Source: Paramicrosporidium saccamoebae KSL3
Taxonomy: Eukaryota > Fungi > Cryptomycota
DNA: 32,000 nt
NCBI GenBank assembly: GCA_002794465.1
Contig: MTSL01000190.1
Location: forward strand, 20,124 to 52,123
Direction: 5' to 3'
The position numbers were made by a program, and so were the translations under genes. Position 1 is the first letter of the stretch, and the number at the start of each line of letters is the position of its first letter. The notes beneath the pieces are model-generated. The model worked only from the letters and a program-made list of their open reading frames with translations. It made no database searches and was not told the DNA's origin. This document shows, in pieces, positions 1-9,269 of this stretch.

Positions 1-230
1 ATGGAGACGTTTTCAGAAGTGCAACAGTTGATGAATCTGATGACGGCGGAGCAAGTACACGAATATTTGGACCCCATTGTACGGAATCGAAAATACCCGA
101 GCCTACGCTCCAATGATCTCATCCCCGTCCTCCAAAAGTAATGGTGTTGCCGTGATTAGATTTTTGTAGAGTGACAGAGCCGGTGGATAAGAAGCGCGTC
201 TTTGAAGACATGCTACTCCTTCTTCGTTAG
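1..230 (+). CDS. 3' end of an unknown protein-coding gene (partial; predicted intron 138-169)
   Basis: Frame 1 is open from base 1. A 32-nt GT..AG intron (gtaatg...tttgtag) removes the TAA at 139 and gives ...LIPVLQKVTEPVDKKRVFEDMLLLLR* (TAG ends at 230). Intron size matches the others. No family recognised. Confidence 0.45.
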
Positions 231-289
231 CATCTAGTGAATACGCTGTAGGGTGTGTATATGGCAGGGTGGATATGTGGTAGTGTTGA

Positions 290-385
290 TTGAATCGGCC
301 CAGTTTGCTGCTTGAATCGACCCAGTTTGCTGATTGAATCGACCCAGTTTGTTGCTTGAATCGACCCAGTTTGCTGATTGAATTC
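290..385. repeat. 22-bp tandem repeat x4 plus a partial copy (TTGAATCGACCCAGTTTGCTG[A/C]) upstream of POL2
   Basis: Units start at 290, 312, 334 and 356, with a partial unit at 378. The last base alternates C/A. Confidence 0.95.
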
Positions 386-485
386 ACAAGCCTCAATCTC
401 AATCACAAGCACAATCTCAGCCTTAGTCTCACCCACTGAAACATTTAATAAAAAGCGATAATTTTTATTCGGGACGCGGCGCACT

Positions 486-3400
486 ATGCCGCCCAAATTC
501 AAAAAGGGCATTCGTGCGGTGGCCGAAGGAGAGGAGGACGAGGCATTAGTTAATGTTAAACGCTTTGCAGAGATCTCACGTCGCGCTGAGATTGACTCGC
601 AGATGGGATTTTCTTCCTTCTCTGGCGGGACACGCATTGGTTGGATGCTTAATATGCAATCTGTAGCATCAAGAGTTCCTTGTCTGATGGGTGTAGACCT
701 TTGTGATGGACAGTGAATGGCCGAGTGGGAGGTCGGCTGTCGACTATTACTTTATGTGTGAAGATGGTTCCTGTTTCAAGGCAACCATGACATACAGCCC
801 CTACTTTTTTGTCAAATGCAAGGCATCACCCTCGCTCTGTATCTTAATATGTAGAAAGGAACGGAGAATGAGGTGGAAGAATATTTGCGACGGAGATTTG
901 AGAACACCATCGAGTCGATGCAACGAATGATGAAAGAGGACCTTGATTTACCCAACCATCTGGCTGGAGTGCAGCGCTGCTATCTCCAACTCTGCTTCCG
1001 CAATACCTCGGACCTCTTGTCAGTTCGCAAAGTGCTCCTTCCCGCAGCCACTCGGAATGGCGAGGGATACAAAGAGGCCGTCATGGCACAGGATGAACCA
1101 GTTTCCAAACGAAGTGAACATGGAGCCCTGTCCAATATTGTGGGCCTGCGGGAGTATGATATTCCGTATCATTTGCGTGTGGGCATTGATCGTGATGTGC
1201 GGGTTGGGCTTTGGTATACAGTCACATCTCACGGCCCCACTACAACTCTCACGAGGCTCACCACCAAAGATGTTCGTCCCGATCCGGTCGTATTTGCATT
1301 TGACATTGAAACGAGCAAGATGCCGCTCAAATTTCCCGATGCCGCCCAGGATCATATTATGATGATTTCATACATGGTCAACGGACGAGGCTTCCTCATT
1401 GTCAATCGCGATATTGTTAGCGAGGACATTGAAAACTTTGAATACACGCCAAAGCCCGATTTCCCCGGTGTCTTTACCATCTTTAATGTGGCCGATGAAC
1501 AAGCACTACTACAAAAATTCTTTTCGCATATCCAACTCATTAGACCGCATGTATTTGTCACTTACAATGGCGATTTCTTCGATTGGCCGTTTATTGAGAC
1601 TCGTGCAGCATCATATGGGATGGTAATGGAGTCGATGATTGGGATTGCAAAAAACTCGCAGGGAGAGTATTGTGGCAGTTATTGTGTGCACATGGACTGT
1701 TTTTGTTGGGTCAAGCGAGACTCGTATCTGCCGGCAGGTAGTCATGGACTCAAAGCCGTCTGCTCCATCAAGTTGGGCTATGATCCCTTGGAACTGGATC
1801 CCGAGCTGATGACTCCCTTGGCGTCTCAGGATCCCCATACTTTGGCAAATTACTCTGTCTCAGATGCAGTGGCCACATATTACTTATACATGAAGTATGT
1901 CCATCCATTCATCTTTTCCCTCTGTAACATTATTCCCCTAATGCCTGATGAGGTGTTACGGAAGGGCACCGGGACTCTGTGTGAGACCCTTCTGATGGCT
2001 GAAGCATACAAAGCCACCGTTATTATGCCGAATAAATACGAAGAGGCTCGCGAAAAGTTTCACAAAGGCCACCTATTGGAGAGTGAGACTTATATTGGCG
2101 GTCATGTGGAGGCATTGGAGGCTGGCGTGTATCGGAGCGACTTTACATACAAATTCAAGATTAACCCCGAAACGATGCATCAACTGGTTAATGATCTGGA
2201 CCGGGCACTTAAATTCTTCTTGGAACACGAAAGTCACACCCCGCTTGCCGACGTGCGCAATTATGAAGAGGTTTACGAAAGCATCAAGGGAATGCTTTTG
2301 GCTCTTGCGGAAACGCCTACTAAGCACGATCGTCCGTTAATTTACCACTTGGATGTGGGGTCCATGTATCCCAACATTATCCTTACTAATCGTCTACAAC
2401 CCTCCGCCATGGTGAGCGATGCAACCTGTGCAGTGTGTGACTTTAACCGACCCGGAAAGCAATGTCAGCGAGCCATGACCTGGTCCTGGCGTGGCGAATA
2501 TTACAGTGCCAAGCAAAATGAATACAAGATGATCAAGAAGCAACTTGAAGGCGAGAGATTCCCGTCCAAGCACGTTCCCAACACTACTGTCGCCTTTCAT
2601 GAACTGTCCCAGGTGGAACAGAGTGCTCTGATCAAAAAGCGTCTGGCTGATTACAGTCAAAAGGTTTATCGACGCACTCGGCAAAATGAAGTGATCACAA
2701 AGACGTCGGTGGTGTGTCAGCGTGAAAATTCCTTTTATATTGATACAGTGAAAAGCTTCCGCGACCGCCGCTATGACTATAAGAATCTGCAAAAGGTTTG
2801 GAAGAAGAAGCTGGATGAGGCAACCAAGGGAAAGGATCCCACCAAGGTGGAAGAGGCCGGAAAATTAGTCGTCCTGTACGATTCGTTGCAACTTGCGCAC
2901 AAGTGCATCCTCAATTCATTTTACGGTTATGTGATGCGCAAGGCGGCCCGATGGTATTCCATGGAGATGGGAGGGATTGTTTGTGAGACAGGGGCGGCAA
3001 TTATCACTCTCGCCCGACAGCTGATTGAGCAGTTTGGACGTCCACTTGAGCTGGACACGGATGGGATCTGGCTCATGTTGCCCTCGGGATTTCCCCAAAA
3101 CTTTTGTTTTGATCTCTATTCGGGAAAAAAGGTGCATTTTGCATATCCCTGTGTGATGCTTAATCATTTGCTATTTGACAAGTTTACCAATCATCAATAT
3201 CAAACTCTCGTGGGACCACAAAGCTATACGGTGAGCAGTGAAAATTCCATCTTTTTTGAAATCGACGGACCGTACAAGGCAATGGTGATCCCCTCTTCCA
3301 CCGAGGAGGGCCGACAGCTGAAGAAACGATATGCCGTCTTCAATGAGGACGGCACATTGGCCGAACTAAAGGGCTTTGAAATCAAGAGAAGAGGAGAGTT

Positions 3401-6400
3401 GAAGCTGATCAAGATTTTCCAATCGCAAATATTCAAGACATTCTTGGCGGGCACCAACTTGGTAGAGTGTTACAAAGAAGTAGCCACGGTGGCAAATTAT
3501 TGGTTGGACATTTTGTACTCTCGCGGCGCCAATCTGCACGATTCCGAGCTAATTGAGTTGATTTCGGAGAATAGGAGCATGTCCAAGGCATTGGAAGACT
3601 ATGGTGCCCAAAAATCCACCTCCATCTCCACGGCCAAACGACTGGCCGAGTTTCTTGGCGATCAGATGGTAAAGGACAAGGGTCTGGCTTGCAAATTTAT
3701 CATCTCTGCCAAACCAGCCGGCCTGCCCGTTACCAACCGAGCCATTCCCGTGGCCATCTTCTCCGCCGCCCCTGAGATCCGTCGTCATTATCTCTCCAAA
3801 TGGCTAAAGGACAGCTCCCCTGCCGTTGACATTCGTGATATTATCGACTGGTCGTACTATTTGGAGCGCATTGGGACAATGATCCAAAAGCTCATTGTGA
3901 TTCCAGCTGCGTTGCAATCAGTAGCGAACCCAGTGCCAAGGGTCATCCCGCCTGAATGGCTAAAGAGCGGAACGGCAGGCAAGCCAGTGCAAAAGGAACA
4001 AAGAAAGATTACTGACATGCTGGCGGCCATGCGCACAGTCGACATGGAAGATACTGTTCTGATGACAACAAAAGTTGCATTTAAACGTCCAGCTGAGGTT
4101 CTAGTCACGGCAAACGATCCAGTGGTTTTGGCCGAGATTGATCCGGAAGTGGACTATTCCGCTTGGGTTGCGTCTAGGAAAGACCACTGGCGACTGCTGA
4201 AATCTAAATTGAAGAATAGCGAGTCGGTAGGAAAGAAGAAGAATAATACGATTGGATCCATGTTGAACCAGGATCGGGTCAATGTATTACGGACGCCATG
4301 GGAAATAGTGGCTATCCAGGAAACATTGGTGCCGGGGGAATTTCAACTATGGGCCATGGTTGCAGATACGATGCGATCGTTCAAATTGACGTGCCCTCGT
4401 CGGGTTTACGTGGGTACCAAGGAGCCACTAGCCGATCTGGGCAGCCGGGTTCATTTCCGTCTTCCCGAGGGATTGTCCGCCAGTCACCTCTATGAGCTGG
4501 TAATGCCGGAGCGGGTTTTCCAGGAAGAATTCATCTCCAACTCGGCGGCGCTCCTTGATCCCATGTTGGAGGGCATTTGGGAGGCCAACATTCCACTAAA
4601 CTTTCAACTGTACACTCGGCTGGGAGCAGTGGTGTCAGTGGTGAAGGAGGCGCAACGGGAAACCTCTGTTGACCGTGTCTTTACCCCTGACGAATTAGTG
4701 TTCCGTGCTGAATTGCCCTATTTACAAGGGGAAAGGATTGTATATGGATATTATGGTGCGTTGAGCGCTGATAATCGACATGTCATGTTGTTAGCATTCA
4801 GCAATTCGCCCATTCTGCGGATTTTTGTGACGGATGATGGAATGAGGAGACAGCTGACTGGACCAAAGGCGCTTCTAGCTATGGCGTTGAAGAGTCACGA
4901 ATTGCTGCCCGCTCCCTTTACTATCGATGAGGAGCTTGTTCAATATGAAATTGATTATTTCCCCGACTACGAGTCTGCTGTAAAGACTCTGCAACGCGCG
5001 ATTAATAGCTATTTGGATGATCGACCTCTGCCGACCATCATGTTGACACTTTCCTCAACCAAGGACATTCCTGCATTCTCCCGATTGCCCTGTGTGCCCA
5101 TCCCCTCGTGGCATGGACAATACATCTTCCCGCCCCTCGATTGGCAACGAAGCTCTGCCCGTCGTCTATTGGAATATTACGTGCAGATCAATAGCTGGCT
5201 GGCCGACCGTATTGCATTGGCACGCTTTTCTCATGTTCCATTGGCCAATTTGCCTGCCAAAACGGACGTGATGAGCTTTGTATCGGATATATTCTTTGCA
5301 CGCATGCATCGCCAACAGGGATATCTGCTACCTTGGAACCAGAATGACAACATTTCCTGGCGTAATGATTCAACCGATTACGAGTTGCACATTACTCCCA
5401 GTGCGGGAATTGACACTCCGGGATTATACCGTCACGTATCGGTGGATTTTGATGTATCGGCAATGCCAATCAATGCGATTCTCGAGTACGGACACATTAG
5501 TCCCGATGAAAACACGCCGCCCATGTTCACCATCCTAAAAACGCTACTCACCAATTGGCTAAAGGAGACGATCAAAGGCAATCCGCTGGCTGCCCAACTC
5601 GTAGAGAGTGCCTTCCGATGGATTCGATCGGGAGAATCCCAATTATTGGCGTCATCGGTGCTGCAGCGCCTCAATGTGACAATGCAGCGTGCACAACAGC
5701 GTCTTGTGGAGCATTTGCGCCAACTCGGCTGTACAGTGGTGCATGGTGACCATCATCGTTTGGTAATTGCAACGGCAAAGGACCATGTGGAGAATGCCAA
5801 GGCATTTGTAGAGTATTTACTGAATGATTTGAAAAGAACTGATGGTTTGGCATGGATTACCCTCCATCCGGCCATGTATTGGCAGAGTATCTTGTGGATG
5901 GATAAATCCAATTTTGTTGCCTTTCCCTGCACTGAGGACGGGAACAGTGAGGTAACACTGAGGTTGAATTTGGGAGACTATTTGCCGCCGATCCTTCATC
6001 GACCCTTTACTGTAATGGTTGCTGAATATCTTGCGCAAATATCCACAACGATCCCAACGGCTTCCCAAACAAAGATCGAACCAATGAAGGCGGCCGAATT
6101 GTTTGATGAGGAAGCTGATGATGCGGAGATGGAGCAATGTGAGGAGCTGATCAGTGCAGAGTATAAGACTAAGTTCCTGTCGGTAGTGCGTGAGGTGCAG
6201 CGTCTACTATCAGGGGCGCCCATATCGTCGGAGGATGCCCTACGGAAAGCATTCCCTGTCCGTGTTGGGTCCCACGTCGAGCTGACTGATGCTCCACTTA
6301 CCTTTGTCAAGTTCCTGGGAGCTCTACTATCCCTGGACAAGATCTGCGCCCCAGCCATCTTCAATCTCGTTAAACAGGCATATGCGCTACTCGGAGTCCG

Positions 6401-6818
6401 TGAATTCAGCGAAGCAACCGTCTTTGTGGACCCGTGTCGCTCCTTTGTCCTGCCCGCCGTCATCTGTCCCGGCTGCAATCACACCCGCGATCTTGATTTC
6501 TGTCGGGATGTCGATGTACTCGCCGCCATGTCCCGTCCCGTCCATTCCTTTTCCTGTTCCTGTGGTCGTCTCTATGATTTGGTCGAGATAGAGGCAGAGA
6601 TTGTGGCTGTCCTGGCTGAGGAGGCTGAACGATATCAAAGACAGGATCTGACGTGTTCGTGCGGCGTGGTGGCAGAGTTGATGGGATGCAAGTGTGCCGG
6701 AAAATACCGACTAGAGGGCTTGGATGCGATGGAGCGGGTGCGTGTGGTCACTCGGGTGGCCAGGGCGCTTGATCTGCAGTCCCTGTCCGCATACATTTCA
6801 AGCAACTATAATCTGTAA
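486..6818 (+). CDS. POL2: DNA polymerase epsilon catalytic subunit, ~2088 aa; exons 486-662, 697-822, 855-6818
   Basis: Exo motif FDIETSKMPLKFPD; Pol motif A LIYHLDVGSMYPNII; motif C LELDTDG; CysX CAVCDFNRPGKQC...CQREN; C-terminal CysA/CysB fingers. Introns 663-696 (GT-AG) and 823-854 (GC-AG) join the ORFs at 486, 703 and 873 in frame. Confidence 0.98.
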
Positions 6819-6892
6819 ACAATCATTTATATTAGTGAGTGGTGGGGGGGATGAGAGAGATAGAGAGCATATATTAGTGTAAAGGATCTTGG

Positions 6893-7104
6893 TGTCGCGT
6901 AGTGGGGATAATACCACGGCCCAGTTTAGGTGAGAAGAGAATTTATTCAGTCAATCCAACGACCCATTTATAGTCTCACAAATAACATAATCCCCAAATG
7001 GTAAGATATAGATCTCATTATCCTTCATCGATTGTTCTGATTATCCCTTCTCCAAACTAGAGAACTATTTCCAAAAGACATACTAATCAGTCTTCTACGT
7101 CACA
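6893..7104 (-). mobile_element. Solo-LTR-like (or Ginger/MITE-like) element, copy A, 212 bp
   Basis: Termini are TGTCGCGTAG...CTACGTCACA (8/10 inverted). Flanked by 4-bp direct repeat TTGG (6889-6892, 7105-7108). Minus strand has TATAAAT (6972-6966) followed by AATAAA (6947-6942). Inverted homolog at 8101-8325. Confidence 0.8.
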
Positions 7105-7240
7105 TTGGTACCTATGCAAGTTTGTGTTTACATCTGTTTAACTAATAGTAAGCAAATTGCCATCTACTTGCCAAGACACATAGTATTCCTCTTACCAAGC
7201 ACCATCACGTTTATTGAACTGCTCCTTCACTACACCAGTC

Positions 7241-7956
7241 CTAATCCTCCAGCCCAACTCGTTCCAAGATCTTGTCGAGGGTCCCTCGCTGTGCCACCTT
7301 GACTACCTTTTCTGCGGGTAATGCCTTCCTTGGCACTCTCACCACCAACACCCCCAAAGTACTCCACGCTTCCACTCGTTCTTGGTCCGCATCTTCGGGT
7401 AGCTCAAACACTTCTTCCACACTCCGCTCATAACATGCACGACGTGAACCCCGGGAGAAGCATTCCTCGTGATCGCCAAAGACAAGCAGCTGGTTGCGGG
7501 TCAAATGTATATGCAGCGACGAGATGGGCAGACCGGGACAATCCAGAAAGACAATGTAGTCGTCTGGCAGCACTCTGACCTGAAAGTTTCTGCGATCAGT
7601 ACGAAGGCTGTCCATGCGAACTCTAAAAGTCTCATTAGCACAGAAAGGCGGTACCCAGTAAGTTGTTGACGTACACGCGTGAGAATATCAGAAGCCTTGT
7701 CCTTTGTCCAGCTGACTGCCTCCTGGGCCCGTTCCGCCACGTCTTGGGTTCTGTCTTTGGTCCAATGCATTGCATCACTATTTAGTCAGTAATGATTCAA
7801 CGTGGAATACCTTGTGGCATCTTTGACTGCTTGGGAAGCATCCCTCAAGCCCACAGATGGTGATTCCACATATTCTCCAGGATGCATCAATGTCCAGGAT
7901 TGCAATGCGAAAATGATGGCTGTACTTGCAACAAGTGCTGGAGCTGTAAGTATCAT
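7241..7956 (-). CDS. Small heat-shock protein (HSP20/alpha-crystallin domain) with N-terminal hydrophobic leader and LEA-like helical segment, 216 aa; exons 7956-7811, 7777-7655, 7622-7241
   Basis: ACD motifs YIVFLDCPG, QLLVFGDHEE, FELPEDAD and GVLVVRVPRK, plus an IxI-like VKV tail. Introns 7810-7778 (33 nt) and 7654-7623 (32 nt, GCTAAT branch point) join three frames without stops. Confidence 0.85.
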
Positions 7957-8460
7957 GTTGTTGGATGCGAGCCAAATCGAACTCTTTAGTACAATGTTAT
8001 TGAACGCGAGCTAAATCGAACCCCTTAGTATAACGTTGTTGGATATGAGCTAAATTGAACTCTAGTAAAATATTGTTGGATATGAGCTAGATCACAAGTC
8101 CGTGACGTAGAGGGTCGATTAGTTGGGTATTTGAGGATGGTTCCCTAGGCTGGAGAAAGGATAATCAAAACAATCGATGGAGGATAATGAGATCTATATC
8201 TTTACCATTTGGGACTGTTACTTTATTTGTGAGACCATAAAAGGGTCGTTGGATTGACTGAATAAACTCTCTTCTCGTCTCTTCCCGCCCGACAAAGTCC
8301 GTGGTTTTATCTCCACTACGCGACAAGTCTGCTCCTTAGTATAATGTTGTTGGTGTTGAGCTAAATTGAATTCTAGTAAAATGTTGTTGAATATATGCTA
8401 GATTGAACTCCTTCATACAGTGTTGCTGAATGTGGACCAAATTGAACATTTACTCCTTAA
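7956..8460. repeat. 37-39-bp degenerate minisatellite, ~7 units, interrupted in unit 4 by LTR-like copy B
   Basis: Consensus is roughly TGTTGTTGGATATGAGCTAAATTGAACTCCTTAGTATAA. Units start at 7956, 7995, 8034, 8071, 8345, 8382 and 8421. Confidence 0.9.
8101..8325 (+). mobile_element. Solo-LTR-like element, copy B, 225 bp, inverted relative to copy A
   Basis: Termini are CGTGACGTAG...CTACGCGACA. 4-bp TSD AGTC at 8097-8100 and 8326-8329. CATAAAA at 8236 and AATAAA at 8261. The core matches the reverse complement of copy A (roughly 90% by eye). Confidence 0.8.
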
Positions 8461-8483
8461 TACACTTGCTTTATTAGTACTGT

Positions 8484-9191
8484 CTACAGATAGGGACCAA
8501 CTCGACATTCAGGTGTAATGCACACCTGTCCCACAATATTAGGCTTGATTGCTATATATCCGTCGTGTTCCTTTAGCACTGACCAGAACAAGCCCTCATA
8601 AACCAAGACGTTCGTGTCCGCAAACCGTAGTGATCCACCAAGCCAGCGTTTTAGCAGACTAATCTGCGCACCGAGGGTGAGAGTCACAAAGACGGCAGCC
8701 TTTACTGCCGCTGACCAATAGACGGTGAAGAGCCCGTAATCCACTGCAGTCATGATTAGAGGCGGGATGATTGCTACCATACAGCAAATACCGTCCAACA
8801 GGGCCATTAGGGCGGTTCCCGGGAAGGACCAGGTTTGCAAATCAAAGAGCCTTTGGTCCTTTTTGCCCTCGGGATGCTGAACTAGGGTCTCCAAGTTCCA
8901 TACTGCTGCCGACGAGCCATCTGAAAGACGCACCTGTGAAAAGAAGAGATGCATTTGCTCGATTATTCCTTGCTTATCTCCATTATTGACTGAATCGCCG
9001 ACATGCAGTTTACCCTGGAACGCATGGAAGATCATCATCCTCACGAACAACATGAAAAGGAGCCCGCTGATCATTCCCAAGTTTACCAATCCCTTGCCAT
9101 AGATCTGTGTCGCTTTCCATAGTTCCCATCCCTGTTGTCCGGCAATAAAGATCGAAGCGGCGTCTATCGCAACCCCGATCCACCACCACAT
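8484..9191 (-). CDS. Unknown multi-pass membrane protein, ~235 aa (MWWWIGVAIDAASIF...)
   Basis: Long ORF with several hydrophobic segments. ATG at 9191 chosen because the upstream part of the ORF overlaps the GT37 gene. No family recognised. Confidence 0.6.
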   Translation of the reverse strand: MWWWIGVAIDAASIFIAGQQGWELWKATQIYGKGLVNLGMISGLLFMLFVRMMIFHAFQGKLHVGDSVNNGDKQGIIEQMHLFFSQVRLSDGSSAAVWNLETLVQHPEGKKDQRLFDLQTWSFPGTALMALLDGICCMVAIIPPLIMTAVDYGLFTVYWSAAVKAAVFVTLTLGAQISLLKRWLGGSLRFADTNVLVYEGLFWSVLKEHDGYIAIKPNIVGQVCITPECRVGPYL

Positions 9192-9269
9192 CAGCCGACC
9201 AACCAGAAGTTGCTTCCTAAAATGGAAATGACTGACCAATGAATTTGAGCCCAGCTGACAAACATTAGG

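Noticed and set aside
103-637. Minus-strand ORFs 103..402 and 227..637
   Set aside because: They are kept open by the 22-bp repeat and by being antisense to POL2 exon 1; no recognisable protein features.
811-854. Canonical GT donor at 811 for POL2 intron 2
   Set aside because: It removes four aligned residues and gives an atypical 44-nt intron; the GC donor at 823 fits better.
6893-8325. Composite transposon carrying the HSP20 gene between terminal inverted repeats
   Set aside because: The outer flanks (TTGG versus AGTC) do not match, and each copy has its own TSD, indicating two separate insertions.
7960-8460. Heat-shock elements in the HSP20 promoter repeats
   Set aside because: Only partial GAA/TTC matches; no run of alternating nGAAn units was found.
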